Assembly (NCBI GenBank): GCA_963719945.1
Contig: CAVRDX010000001.1
Span: 842,199-906,198 of the forward strand
From: an uncultured Thermoplasmata archaeon
Lineage (GTDB): Archaea > Thermoplasmatota > Thermoplasmata > UBA10834
DNA length: 64,000 bases
Reading direction: 5' to 3'
A program made the translations under genes and the position numbers. The notes beneath the pieces were generated by a model. That model had not been told where the DNA came from and did no database searches. It worked only from the letters and a program-made list of their open reading frames with translations. Below are positions 40,524 to 52,688 of this stretch, in pieces. Numbering within the stretch: position 1 is the first letter of the stretch; every line of letters starts with the position of its first letter.

Positions 40524-41663
40524 CTGAGAAAGAGCGTGATAGGGATAGCTGCGGCGATGCTGATGATCCTGCCCGCGCTGGTGTTCGCGACACCCGTGCG
40601 TGCAGAGGGAGACGCATGGACCGTGATGGTCTACATGGATGGGGACAATAGCCTCGAGAGCGCCGTCCCTGTGGATCTGGGAGAACTGGAAGCCGTAGGC
40701 TCGACCGCGGACGTGAACTTCGTCGTCCTGGCGGACACGCTGGATGGTCCAGCGTATCTGTACTATGTGAACCAGGGTGGCTCGACCGTGATAGCTTCGT
40801 GGGGTGAGGTCAACATGGCCGATCCCGCGACCCTGACGAGGTTCATCACGGACGCGAAGACGCTGTACCCGGCGAACAACTACGCGCTGGACTTCTGGAA
40901 CCACGGAGGAGGCATCATGGGCGTCTGCTGGGACGACACGTCCGGCGACAAGCTCACCATGCTCGAGATGAGGACGGCGATCGTGAACGGCGGCGTGAGC
41001 TTCGCGAACGTCTGGTTCGACGCGTGCAACATGGCGCAGGCGGAGATCGCCCACCAGTTCCAGGGATACGCCAGCTACATAGTGTTCAGCGAGCAGACCG
41101 TTTGGGGACAGGGCTTCCCGTACGACGCAATCGCGACGCAACTAGTAGCAAGCCCGGCGATGGACGGCAGGACTTTGTCGCTGATCGCGGCGGACGAGTT
41201 CACGGTGTTCTATGCGGATCTTGGGTGGAACACGTGCACGATTAGCGTGTACGACATGGCGTACCTGACGACTGTGTCCGGAGCAGTGAATACTTTCGCC
41301 AGCGCGATGGTCTCGACGATGAGCCTGTACTACAAGACGTACAAGTCCTGCAGGGGTTCAGCCGAGGCGACAGCCGGAGCTGTCGATCTGATGGGCTTCG
41401 CGCAACTGGTGTCCGTGAACACGAAGCTCAGCACGACCGTGAGGAGCGCCGCGAGCGCGACTGTGACCGCCGTGGACCTGGCAATCATCTACGAGTGGCA
41501 CTCGAAGGACTGCGCGGGCATGAACGGCCTCGGGATCTGGTACCCGACGAGTTCCGTATCGTACTACTGGAGCGCGTCGGTGGAGACCATGTACCGCGGG
41601 ATGCTGTTCGACACGGCCACGGGCTGGGCGAACTTCCTGGACGCGTACTACAACAAGGGATGA
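40524..41663 (+). CDS. Secreted clostripain-family (C11) peptidase
   Basis: WTVMVYMDGDN, WNHGGG, FDACNM; start placed at CTG 40524 (track start GTG 40536). Confidence 0.9.
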   Translation: MRKSVIGIAAAMLMILPALVFATPVRAEGDAWTVMVYMDGDNSLESAVPVDLGELEAVGSTADVNFVVLADTLDGPAYLYYVNQGGSTVIASWGEVNMADPATLTRFITDAKTLYPANNYALDFWNHGGGIMGVCWDDTSGDKLTMLEMRTAIVNGGVSFANVWFDACNMAQAEIAHQFQGYASYIVFSEQTVWGQGFPYDAIATQLVASPAMDGRTLSLIAADEFTVFYADLGWNTCTISVYDMAYLTTVSGAVNTFASAMVSTMSLYYKTYKSCRGSAEATAGAVDLMGFAQLVSVNTKLSTTVRSAASATVTAVDLAIIYEWHSKDCAGMNGLGIWYPTSSVSYYWSASVETMYRGMLFDTATGWANFLDAYYNKG

Positions 41664-41860
41664 ACGCAGTTGGACAAACCCTTTCCCCATTTTTGATCAT
41701 TCGATGCTCGGGCAAGCATACTGACCGTCGAGTACTTTCATGAATGAACTATAAGTCTAAAATGCTAGACATACGATGTGGGGGGTTATCCGGTCTTTCG
41801 AGCAGGTCAGTATTGCGCTCGAGACCTGGGAATCAAGAGATTGATGAGGGGGGAAAATAT

Positions 41861-43012
41861 CTGAGAAAGATAGCATTGGCATCATTGATGGCCGTGTTGA
41901 TCGTGGTACCCGTCATGCTTGTCTCCGCGCCCGCACGTGCGGACGTGGTTCCGGACAGCTGGACGGTCATGGTCTACATGGACGGTGACAACAACGTGGA
42001 ATCGTACGCGCTCAGAGACCTTGCGGAACTCAAAATCGTTGGGTCCAGCGACAATGTGAACTATGTTGTCCTTCTGGACACGCTTGAAGGCCCCGCGGAC
42101 CTCCTGTACGTGAACGAGGGAAGCACGACGGTCTTACAGGCGTGGGGAGAGGTCCCGATGGACGACCCGGCGACCCTGACGAGATTCATAGACACGGTCG
42201 AAGCTCTCTACCCGGCGACGAACTACTGTCTGGACATATGGGACCATGGCGGTGGCATCGCAGGCATATGCTGGGACGACACTTCAGGCATGAGCCAGTG
42301 CCTGACGATGGCCGAGCTCAGGACAGCGCTGGTCGATGCAGATTGCGTGTTTGACTCGATCGTGCTCAACGCATGCGTCATGGCGCAGGCAGAGGTCGCG
42401 CACCAGATGAACGGGTACGCCGATTACATGGTCTTCAGCCAGCTGAACATGTACGCCCTCGGGTTCCCGTACGACATCGTCGCAGCCAACCTGAACGCCG
42501 AGCCGACGATGGACGGCAGGGCGCTCTCGTTGATGATGGTGGAAGAGTACACTGTATACTACCAGGCGATAGGCTACAAGGATGTCACCATCAGCGTGTT
42601 CGACATGGCGTATCTCGGAGGACTCGCGAACGCGGTCAAGGACTTCGCGAGCTCACAGATAGCGGCCATGGGCACATACCAGAAGGGATTCAAGTTCGCG
42701 AGGATGGACACCGAATCGGCGTCCAACGCGGCTGACATCATCGGGTATGCCGAGAACGTCATCGCGAGCGACAAGATCCTCGACCAGAACGTGAAGAATG
42801 CGGCTCAAGCGGTCATATTCGCTGTCGATGCGGCTATCATAGCTGAATGGCACAGCAGCGATGTAGAAGGCATGAACGGCCTGGGCATCTGGTTCCCGAC
42901 CAAGTCCGTGACATACTACTGGGGCGACACCTACGAAGCCAGGTACAGGGCCCTGACATGGGATGCGGCCACTGGTTGGGCGAACTTCCTCGATGCGTAC
43001 TACGCGAAGTAA
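41861..43012 (+). CDS. Secreted clostripain-family (C11) peptidase, tandem paralog
   Basis: WTVMVYMDGDN, WDHGGG, LNACVM; start placed at CTG 41861 after SD GAGGGGGG. Confidence 0.9.
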   Translation: MRKIALASLMAVLIVVPVMLVSAPARADVVPDSWTVMVYMDGDNNVESYALRDLAELKIVGSSDNVNYVVLLDTLEGPADLLYVNEGSTTVLQAWGEVPMDDPATLTRFIDTVEALYPATNYCLDIWDHGGGIAGICWDDTSGMSQCLTMAELRTALVDADCVFDSIVLNACVMAQAEVAHQMNGYADYMVFSQLNMYALGFPYDIVAANLNAEPTMDGRALSLMMVEEYTVYYQAIGYKDVTISVFDMAYLGGLANAVKDFASSQIAAMGTYQKGFKFARMDTESASNAADIIGYAENVIASDKILDQNVKNAAQAVIFAVDAAIIAEWHSSDVEGMNGLGIWFPTKSVTYYWGDTYEARYRALTWDAATGWANFLDAYYAK

Positions 43013-43075
43013 GGCCCAGATCGCGACAGACCAAAACCCTTTTCGAAACCCATTTTCCCACCATACTCTTTTTAG

Positions 43076-45429
<2,354 letters not shown>

Positions 45430-45436
45430 CGAAGCA

Positions 45437-45892
45437 TCACTCGACCTGGAGCGCAGCCTTTGAGAGTGTGTAGTGCCACGTCTCTGGGATAACGCCTTCC
45501 CGCTTGTAATACTTCACGAGCCTGCGTATCTTCGATTCTATGAGCATCAATCCTCGGGCGTTGTGAAGGTCCTTCTTGTTGGTCTTCAGGTGCCCGCTGA
45601 GAGAGACTGCCCCGCGCATCAAGCAGGCCAGATCCTCTGGCAGCTCGAACTTGATGCCCTTCTCGGTGCATATCTCCTTCATGCTCATCCCGGTCGCGAG
45701 CCTCACGTTCGGTATGGCGTGCTGGTCTCTGAGGATAAGGCCGATCTTGGCCATAGAAACGCCTTCGCCTGCCATCTTGGCCACAAGTTCCTTGATCTCT
45801 TCTGGCGACTGCTGAACCCATGTGGGATTCTTTGCCATCACGGGGCGCTTCGAACCCGAAGACCCCCTTCTGCTGCTGTGCATCCTTGACAT
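45437..45892 (-). CDS. rps15: 30S ribosomal protein S15 (uS15)
   Basis: MSRMHS..RGSSGS, IGLILRDQH, LPEDL, ESKIRRLVKYYK. Confidence 0.97.
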   Translation of the reverse strand: MSRMHSSRRGSSGSKRPVMAKNPTWVQQSPEEIKELVAKMAGEGVSMAKIGLILRDQHAIPNVRLATGMSMKEICTEKGIKFELPEDLACLMRGAVSLSGHLKTNKKDLHNARGLMLIESKIRRLVKYYKREGVIPETWHYTLSKAALQVE

Positions 45893-45908
45893 CGTCGATC
45901 TACTCCGA

Positions 45909-46316
45909 TTATGGTTTGACCTGTGGCGAGGCAGTGCCGTTTATACCCTTCCTTCTTTTAAAGCTTTCTACCGTTCCGCTAGCAATGGCCACCATCTCCC
46001 TGTATTCCACCGCGGGGAACGACAGGTCGTTCGGAAGCTGCTCGAATGCCCTCACCTCGACTATCTCGTGCGGTCGGGTGCAGGTGGGATTTCCATCGGC
46101 GATGCCTGCGAACACGGTGCCTCCGTCGACCGCTATCGCACCGGCGATGGTCAGGGACATGCCGGTCTCCTCGAGGAACTCGCGTTTCGCTGCTGCCTCC
46201 GGGGTCTCGCCAGGTTCGATCCCACCACCGGGCATCTCCCACGCCCGTCGGCTGTGCCGTACCATGACGAACGAATCATCGATGAACGCGATGACATACA
46301 CGAACGGCTCGGCCAA
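45909..46316 (-). CDS. NUDIX hydrolase
   Basis: [24 protein letters not shown] Nudix box. Confidence 0.93.
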   Translation of the reverse strand: MAEPFVYVIAFIDDSFVMVRHSRRAWEMPGGGIEPGETPEAAAKREFLEETGMSLTIAGAIAVDGGTVFAGIADGNPTCTRPHEIVEVRAFEQLPNDLSFPAVEYREMVAIASGTVESFKRRKGINGTASPQVKP

Positions 46317-46322
46317 AGGATA

Positions 46323-46997
46323 TCACGCCTCTATGATGAAGGCTGCGTGGTCTTTTGAGTAATCGTCGAGCCTCATCATGGCCTTGATCGTCATGCCTTT
46401 CGACAAGAGCTCCTTCCGCACCTCTTCGTACACGGACCCGGGATCCCTGTTGACGTCCACGCTCCTGGACTTGATCATCAGTATGCCACGCTTCGCGCCG
46501 AAGTGCTTCATGTTGCGTACGAATATCTCCGCCTGGTCCCTCTGTGCGATATCCTGGTAAATGAAATCCACATCTTCGACCATGTGTGCGTAATCCTCCG
46601 GCCTTGAGGCGTCCGCCATGATAGGCACCATGTTCTTCCTGGTCTCGCACACGCCCACCAAGTCCCTGAACGACCGTTGTGAGAACTCCACGCAGAAAAC
46701 GAATCCATCCTTCACGATATCGGACACGTGCGACGCGGTGGTTCCGGACGCTGCCCCGAGATAGAGCACCCTGGAAGAAACCTCCAGCCCGAAATCCTTC
46801 GCCCCCATGAGTATCATCGCAGCCAGCTTGGATCGGTCAGGGTCCCACGCCCTGTACTGGGTCATCCCGAACTCCACCAACCGCTCGCCATACACGCTCT
46901 TGTCTAGCGCGCCGTTGATGGTCACGAGGGTTCTGCCAGTCGTGTACGCTCCGGGAACTCCGTCGACCTGTTTGAAAGGATTTTGGAATGTGGCCAT
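46323..46997 (-). CDS. flpA: Fibrillarin-like rRNA/tRNA 2'-O-methyltransferase
   Basis: VYGE, YRAWDPDRSKLAA, VLYLGAASGTT.SH, YQDIAQ. Confidence 0.96.
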   Translation of the reverse strand: MATFQNPFKQVDGVPGAYTTGRTLVTINGALDKSVYGERLVEFGMTQYRAWDPDRSKLAAMILMGAKDFGLEVSSRVLYLGAASGTTASHVSDIVKDGFVFCVEFSQRSFRDLVGVCETRKNMVPIMADASRPEDYAHMVEDVDFIYQDIAQRDQAEIFVRNMKHFGAKRGILMIKSRSVDVNRDPGSVYEEVRKELLSKGMTIKAMMRLDDYSKDHAAFIIEA

Positions 46998-47057
46998 GTA
47001 AAGGCCTATGCACAACCAAATAAAAGAGTTATATGCCAAACATCATACAATCATGCG

Positions 47058-47540
47058 ATGGCGGAAGAGGACCTCAAGGAGCAGATAACCTCGCTCTCGC
47101 AGAAGATGGAGAGCCTGGAAGAATCTGTGAGGATGGTCGCTGGACCGTACTCGCAGCTCGTGGAATACATCGAACGGTTCCAGAAGATCTCCTCGAGCTA
47201 CTTCCGCCTGATAGACCTCTATCAACGGTACGGCGAGATATCCCCCGACCTGCTGGTGCCTGGGGTGAAGGATTCCATATCGAAGGAGGTCGTCAAGATA
47301 CTCTTCGAGAGGGACGGGCAGAACATATCACAGATAACCGAGAAGCTCAAGGACAGGAGGGGGAGCTCCTCGCGCAGGATCGTCAGGGAGCGTCTGAAGA
47401 TGCTCGAGGCGAAGGGCGTGGTCCAAGCCAAGGGGAGCTCGAGGGCGAAGACCTACTGGCTCACAGAAGAGTATGTGAAGAAATGGTACGACCTGCTCGG
47501 TGTCGGGTCAGGGAAGCCCAACGATGGCAAGAAAGATTGA
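47058..47540 (+). CDS. Winged-HTH transcriptional regulator with N-terminal coiled coil
   Basis: NISQITE...SSRRIVRERL..LE.KG. Confidence 0.75.
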   Translation: MAEEDLKEQITSLSQKMESLEESVRMVAGPYSQLVEYIERFQKISSSYFRLIDLYQRYGEISPDLLVPGVKDSISKEVVKILFERDGQNISQITEKLKDRRGSSSRRIVRERLKMLEAKGVVQAKGSSRAKTYWLTEEYVKKWYDLLGVGSGKPNDGKKD

Positions 47541-47633
47541 GTGTCGGCCACTTTTTTCCAGTCGAGTAATATACTGATATCAATCATTATTAGACCACAA
47601 TGGGCAGGAGAATGCTCAGAATAGGTGACCAAA

Positions 47634-47978
47634 ATGGGAGATGACATGAGCCCGCAAGAGATCAAGGAGCTCCTGCAGGCAGTAGGGACTGAGATACCGA
47701 AACTGATTGAATCGATCATGAAGACTATGTACAACGCGGAGAACGCCGATAACATGGCGAAGGCCGTCGCGCAGTTCTACAAGTCCATGAAGGACGCGGG
47801 GATGGACGACAAGCAGGCATACGACCTGACCCAGCAGTTCATGTCCAGCTTCAACCTCGGCGGGATCATATCGAAGGCGATCGACAGCGGGGACGACACC
47901 GAGGGCTTGTCGGAAAGGATAGAAGAGATGGAAGAGAGACTCGAGAAGAGGCTCAAGAAGCTGGATAAGGATGACTGA
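47634..47978 (+). CDS. Hypothetical helical protein
   Basis: SD GGTGA; FYKSMKDAGMDDKQAYDLT. Confidence 0.75.
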   Translation: MGDDMSPQEIKELLQAVGTEIPKLIESIMKTMYNAENADNMAKAVAQFYKSMKDAGMDDKQAYDLTQQFMSSFNLGGIISKAIDSGDDTEGLSERIEEMEERLEKRLKKLDKDD

Positions 47979-48252
47979 GATGGACAAGGACAGAGGGGAT
48001 CTGCCGAAGATCGTCGCCACGGTCGGCGTGAAGGTCCCTGGGCTGATGCTGAGGTTCGGGGTCGCATACCTGAGGATGAAGAGAGACTCGAACAGAGCGT
48101 CCAAGAGGTTCACTAGCAGGTTGGAGCGTGAGGGCATACCCCCGGAGCTTGCGAAGAAGCTGGGGGAGTCCTACGGCTCCGAGCTCAGCATCAGGAAGAT
48201 CTTGTCCGGAGGGAAAGGCCTCTCACTCGTATCTTCTTTCAAGGATCGGTAG
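47971..48252 (+). CDS. Hypothetical protein
   Basis: Overlaps the previous stop; LEREGIPPELAKKL. Confidence 0.7.
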   Translation: MTEMDKDRGDLPKIVATVGVKVPGLMLRFGVAYLRMKRDSNRASKRFTSRLEREGIPPELAKKLGESYGSELSIRKILSGGKGLSLVSSFKDR

Positions 48253-48291
48253 CTGAGCCAGGAAAATAATATAGTCGTAGCGTCTGATACG

Positions 48292-49071
48292 ATGGTTGTG
48301 AAAGCCGTCCTGAACAAGATCGCGAACGAGATAATGGAGAAGTACCGCGGGCTGCCAAAGGATTTCGCAGGGCACATAGCGGTCGGCAAGGGCGCGAGCG
48401 GTTCCGACACGTCCAAGATAGACAAGTTCGCGGAGGACGCCGTCTTTGAGTTCCTGGACAGGGAGGACGTGAAGATAAACGTCCTCAGCGAGGAGATAGG
48501 GTTCGTAGACAGGGGAGCCGATAAGGTGCTCATCCTGGACCCTATAGACGGCACTGTGAACTGTGTTCGGGGCATTCCGTTCTTTTCCATATCGATGGCA
48601 GTCGCCACCAAATCCATGAGCGACGCCGACCACGCACTCGTGAAGAACCTGTACACGGGCGACACATACTACGCACGGAGAGGAGGAGGCGCGGACCTGA
48701 ACGGACACAGGATAGGAGTCTCGAAGTACAACAGGAACGATTCCGTGTTCCTCATGTTCGACGGCAGGGATGCAGCGCCCGAATCGGCCAAGGTGAAGGA
48801 GCTGGCTACAAGGGTGCGTACGATGGGCTGCGCGTCCCTGGAGATGTGCCTCGTGGCGCAGGGCGCGGTCCAGGCGCATTACATGAACTGCCTGAGACAC
48901 GAGCGTAAGATCAGGATTGTGGACATCGCCGCGAGCACGCTCATACTGCGCGAAGCCGGTGGAGACGTGTGCGACCTGAAAGGTAAGAGGCTGGACATGG
49001 AGCTTACCCTGGACGACAGGAGGAATTTCCTCGCGTACGGGGACCCAAAGATCAAGGAGCTGGTCTTGTGA
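48292..49071 (+). CDS. Inositol monophosphatase/FBPase-family phosphatase
   Basis: SEE, LDPIDGTVN, DIAA. Confidence 0.92.
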   Translation: MVVKAVLNKIANEIMEKYRGLPKDFAGHIAVGKGASGSDTSKIDKFAEDAVFEFLDREDVKINVLSEEIGFVDRGADKVLILDPIDGTVNCVRGIPFFSISMAVATKSMSDADHALVKNLYTGDTYYARRGGGADLNGHRIGVSKYNRNDSVFLMFDGRDAAPESAKVKELATRVRTMGCASLEMCLVAQGAVQAHYMNCLRHERKIRIVDIAASTLILREAGGDVCDLKGKRLDMELTLDDRRNFLAYGDPKIKELVL

Positions 49072-49895
49072 GAATCGGTATTGTAGGCACTCCCGAACTC
49101 GAGAATTTCAAGGGCGTGGCAGAGAAGGTGTTGAAGGAGCTCAAGGGCCAAGACATCGTGTTCGAGGAGAACACCGCGAAGGCGCTGGGAAAGAAAGGGA
49201 TACCATTGGGCATAATCGATGCCGACTTCCTCATATCCATAGGCGGGGACGGCACCATATTGAGGACTCTTCAGAGGAGCAGCCTGCCCATCCTGGGCGT
49301 GAACGCGGGCGTGCTCGGCTTCCTGACGGAGATAGAGCCCAAGGAGATACCGGCGTCGTTCAAGCAGCTGCTCAAGGGAGAGTTCACGGTCGAGAAGAGG
49401 GCGAAGCTCAAGATCGTATGCAACGGAAAGAGGCTCATGGACGCCACGAACGAGGCGGTCATACATACGGCACATATCGCGAAGATGCGGCAGTTCGTGA
49501 TATCCGTTGATGGCATGCCCGCGACGAGCATGCGCGCAGACGGCATCATAATCGCCACAGCAACCGGCTCGACCTGTTACGCGATGAGCGTCGGCTCGTC
49601 TATCATAGACCCGAGGGTGCAGGCTCTCGTGATAGCGCCTATCGCGCCGTTCAGACTATCCGCCCGGCCGCTCGTGGTCCCTGCCAAGAGCCATGTGGCC
49701 GTGACGGTCCACGACCCTATGCCTTGCATCATGGTGCTGGACGGACAGGAGGAGCAGATGTTGACGGGCAAGGAGAAGATGACTTTCACATCGTCCGAGC
49801 ACAACGCCAAGTTCGTGATACTCCGGAGCGAGTTCTACAAGAACCTCGAGGAGAAGCTCATGGCATCCTCACCGCTTGTAGGGCACAGACATTGA
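49068..49895 (+). CDS. nadK: NAD kinase
   Basis: GGDGT, GVLGFL, NE, DG...TATGST.Y.MS. Confidence 0.94.
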   Translation: MRIGIVGTPELENFKGVAEKVLKELKGQDIVFEENTAKALGKKGIPLGIIDADFLISIGGDGTILRTLQRSSLPILGVNAGVLGFLTEIEPKEIPASFKQLLKGEFTVEKRAKLKIVCNGKRLMDATNEAVIHTAHIAKMRQFVISVDGMPATSMRADGIIIATATGSTCYAMSVGSSIIDPRVQALVIAPIAPFRLSARPLVVPAKSHVAVTVHDPMPCIMVLDGQEEQMLTGKEKMTFTSSEHNAKFVILRSEFYKNLEEKLMASSPLVGHRH

Positions 49896-49907
49896 CGACA
49901 TTATAGA

Positions 49908-50456
49908 GTGGTTCATGAGATGCGCACGCTAGCAGTGACCGCCAACAGGTTGCCATATCCGAAGATATGGTTCGTGATCAGCACGATCGTGATCGCGATC
50001 ATCGTATCCGCCATGATATACCTGGCGTTCGATTCGCTCGAGACTTTCACCAGGTACTTCTGGATAGCCGCAGCGATACTGGTCGGCGTGCCTCTCTTCC
50101 TCTTGCACATACCACCGATATTCACGGACCACTACCAGGGAGAGAAGGGATTGAGGCTCAGGATGGGGCTGTTGATGAACTCCACGGTACCGTATGATTG
50201 GATCAAGGGAGTATCGGACGCCACAGTCAGGTTCGGAAGCGTGAGGATAGGCATCGGCGTGAAGTACGCCCCCAAGCTGAAGACAGTGTTCGTCACATCA
50301 TCCTTCGACGACCTCGTCACTCTGCACCTGGACGGACCGAGGAACCTCGGAGGCATCATGAGGCCGGATGTGGAGAAGATAATCTTGAGCGTGAAGGACA
50401 AGGAGCATTTCGTATCATCGGTCAAGGCAAGGGCGGGCATAATCGAGGAGGAATGA
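49908..50456 (+). CDS. Hypothetical 2-TM protein with PH-like C-terminal region
   Basis: Two TMs then a beta-rich domain; operonic position. Confidence 0.7.
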   Translation: MVHEMRTLAVTANRLPYPKIWFVISTIVIAIIVSAMIYLAFDSLETFTRYFWIAAAILVGVPLFLLHIPPIFTDHYQGEKGLRLRMGLLMNSTVPYDWIKGVSDATVRFGSVRIGIGVKYAPKLKTVFVTSSFDDLVTLHLDGPRNLGGIMRPDVEKIILSVKDKEHFVSSVKARAGIIEEE

Positions 50457-50860
50457 GCACGCCGCTGTTCGACTTCACGAAGAATAGGCAGCAGGTCAAG
50501 TCCATCAGGAAGCGTACCCTGAAGATGATACTGGAAGCGTCCAAGTCCAGCTATCCCAACGAGTTCGGGGCGATCCTGAGAGCGGAGAAGGGCGTCATCA
50601 CCGAACTCATACTGCTGCCGGGCACGATATCCGGTGAGAGGTCCGCGCTTTTCAAATTGCACATGCTGCCCGTTGATTCATCAGTCGTAGGCACTGTGCA
50701 TTCGCACCCCTCTGGTAGCTGCAGACCTTCGGATGCTGATCTTGACCTATTCAGAAGGTTTGGATACTGCCACATAATCGCGTGCGAGCCATATGACATG
50801 AAGAGCTGGGCGTGCTACGACGGCTTTGGCGACAGAAGACCCCTTGAAATCGTCAAGTGA
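50453..50860 (+). CDS. JAMM/MPN+ metalloprotease
   Basis: PNE, HSHPSG..RPSDAD; ATG 50453 after GAGGAGG. Confidence 0.92.
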   Translation: MSTPLFDFTKNRQQVKSIRKRTLKMILEASKSSYPNEFGAILRAEKGVITELILLPGTISGERSALFKLHMLPVDSSVVGTVHSHPSGSCRPSDADLDLFRRFGYCHIIACEPYDMKSWACYDGFGDRRPLEIVK

Positions 50861-50872
50861 GCGTGGGTCGGG

Positions 50873-51352
50873 TCAAGCCGGGCGCTTGAAGATATAGTTC
50901 AGCAGCAGGTATCGGTCCGGCTTCTTGGTGTTGACAAACACTGCGACTTCTTCCCCCAGGGATATCTTCTTCTTGTACAAGGGGAGCAATCCGATGATCG
51001 TCTTGCTTGTCGTTATCTCCCGACCCTCACAGGCATATGTGATCTTCAGCTCCACGGAATCACCGACTGCTTCGATATCGACCACTCGTCCACGGAGTTC
51101 GATACCGTTGTTCAAGAGTTTTGACCAAGTCATGTATCGCCAGACAAACAAGCCGACATTGGCAATGCTAATGAGCGAGAATATGAACCCAAGATACTCA
51201 ATATCCTCAGGTGTCATCTGTTCTTCAGCAGGAATCGTAGGATCGTCCGTGGCCCATAGGGACATCACCAGGAACAATGCCCATATCATGATGATCACGC
51301 TGATAGCCGAGATGATAAAAACATCCCTTATCATCAGAGATCCTATCTTCAG
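50873..51352 (-). CDS. DUF3592-like membrane protein
   Basis: Two TMs, GRVVD, GEEVAVFVN..KP; start uncertain. Confidence 0.6.
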   Translation of the reverse strand: MKIGSLMIRDVFIISAISVIIMIWALFLVMSLWATDDPTIPAEEQMTPEDIEYLGFIFSLISIANVGLFVWRYMTWSKLLNNGIELRGRVVDIEAVGDSVELKITYACEGREITTSKTIIGLLPLYKKKISLGEEVAVFVNTKKPDRYLLLNYIFKRPA

Positions 51353-51461
51353 TTCTCTGCCACCCAGGTAATCCAACTGCAAACGAATGCACCCACCTAT
51401 TATCCGGCGGGAATCGGTAATGGTGATAATATACTTCGTCCAAGGCACGGCATATCAGGAC

Positions 51462-52688
51462 TCAGAACACCTTGCTCCGAGGAGAAATGGTACCCCTCGC
51501 ATTGGCTCCCATGCCTATGAAAGAATTCTCTCCGATGATCGTGCCCGCATCGATGGTCGCATTGATGCCAGTCTTGACATCATCGCCCATAATGACCCCG
51601 AGCTTCCTCCGACCCGAGCCGATCTTCTTGCCGTTGATGACGACGTACACTTCCTTCTCATCCAGCCGCAGGTTCGCGACCTTCGTGCCCGCGCCGAAGT
51701 TGCATCTCTCGCCTATGACGCTGTCGCCCACATAGCTCAGGTGCGGTATCTTCGTGGAATTCATGATGACGGAGTTCTTGACCTCTGCGGAGTTGCCCAC
51801 TTTGCACCCATCGCCTATGGAAGTGCTCGGCCTGAGATACGCGTTCGGGCCTATCACCGTGTTCTCCCCGATCACGACCGGGCCGACGACATAGCTGCCA
51901 GCGAGTATCTTGCTCCCGGCACCGATCTGCAACGGACCTTCCACAGTCGCCTTCTCGGACACTTCACCATCGATCTTCGTCTCGAGACCTTCCATCAGTA
52001 TCCGGTTGGCCTCCAGTATGTCCCATGGCCTCGCGACATCTATCCAATCGCCCTTGAGCATGTGAGTATAGATATGACTCTTGGACATGAGTATCCTGAA
52101 CGAATCGGTTATCTCGTACTCCCCACGGACCGACTTCTTCGTCTCGGCTATCGCGTCGAATATCTGTGGCTCCAGTATGTATGCGCCCGCGTTGACCATA
52201 TTCCCTTCGGGCACCTCGGGCTTCTCCACAATGTCCATGACGACGCCGTCCTCTACCTTGATGCACCCGTACCGTCTGGGATCAGGCACTGATGCCAGAG
52301 CCATCACGGAACCCTTGACCTTGAGGTGATGTTCCATGAGTCCCTTGACCGATTCCTTGGTCAGGACGACATCCCCGTAAAGACAGAAGAACGCGGAGTC
52401 GACCTTGTTCTTGATCATGCCTATGGCATGGGCCGTCCCGAGACGCTCCTTCTGCTCGACATACTCCACCCGTATGCCGAACTCCGAGCCGTCCCCGAAA
52501 TGCTCCCTGATCCTTCCGGCCTTCCAGCCTATGAGCAGTATGATGTCCTTGATGCCTGCGCTCTTGAGCGCGTCTATGTTATGCTCCAGGAACGGTTTTC
52601 CCGCGACCGGCAGCAAGGGCTTCGGAATGTTCGATGTGAGCGGGCGCATGCGCATGCCCTCGCCCGCGGCTAGTATGTATCCCTTCAC
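51462..52688 (-). CDS. glmU: Bifunctional sugar-1-phosphate nucleotidylyltransferase/acetyltransferase (archaeal GlmU)
   Basis: LAAGEG.RMRP, PKPL, EKP, hexapeptide repeats, HLSYVGD; GTG start after GAGGTG. Confidence 0.92.
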   Translation of the reverse strand: MKGYILAAGEGMRMRPLTSNIPKPLLPVAGKPFLEHNIDALKSAGIKDIILLIGWKAGRIREHFGDGSEFGIRVEYVEQKERLGTAHAIGMIKNKVDSAFFCLYGDVVLTKESVKGLMEHHLKVKGSVMALASVPDPRRYGCIKVEDGVVMDIVEKPEVPEGNMVNAGAYILEPQIFDAIAETKKSVRGEYEITDSFRILMSKSHIYTHMLKGDWIDVARPWDILEANRILMEGLETKIDGEVSEKATVEGPLQIGAGSKILAGSYVVGPVVIGENTVIGPNAYLRPSTSIGDGCKVGNSAEVKNSVIMNSTKIPHLSYVGDSVIGERCNFGAGTKVANLRLDEKEVYVVINGKKIGSGRRKLGVIMGDDVKTGINATIDAGTIIGENSFIGMGANARGTISPRSKVF

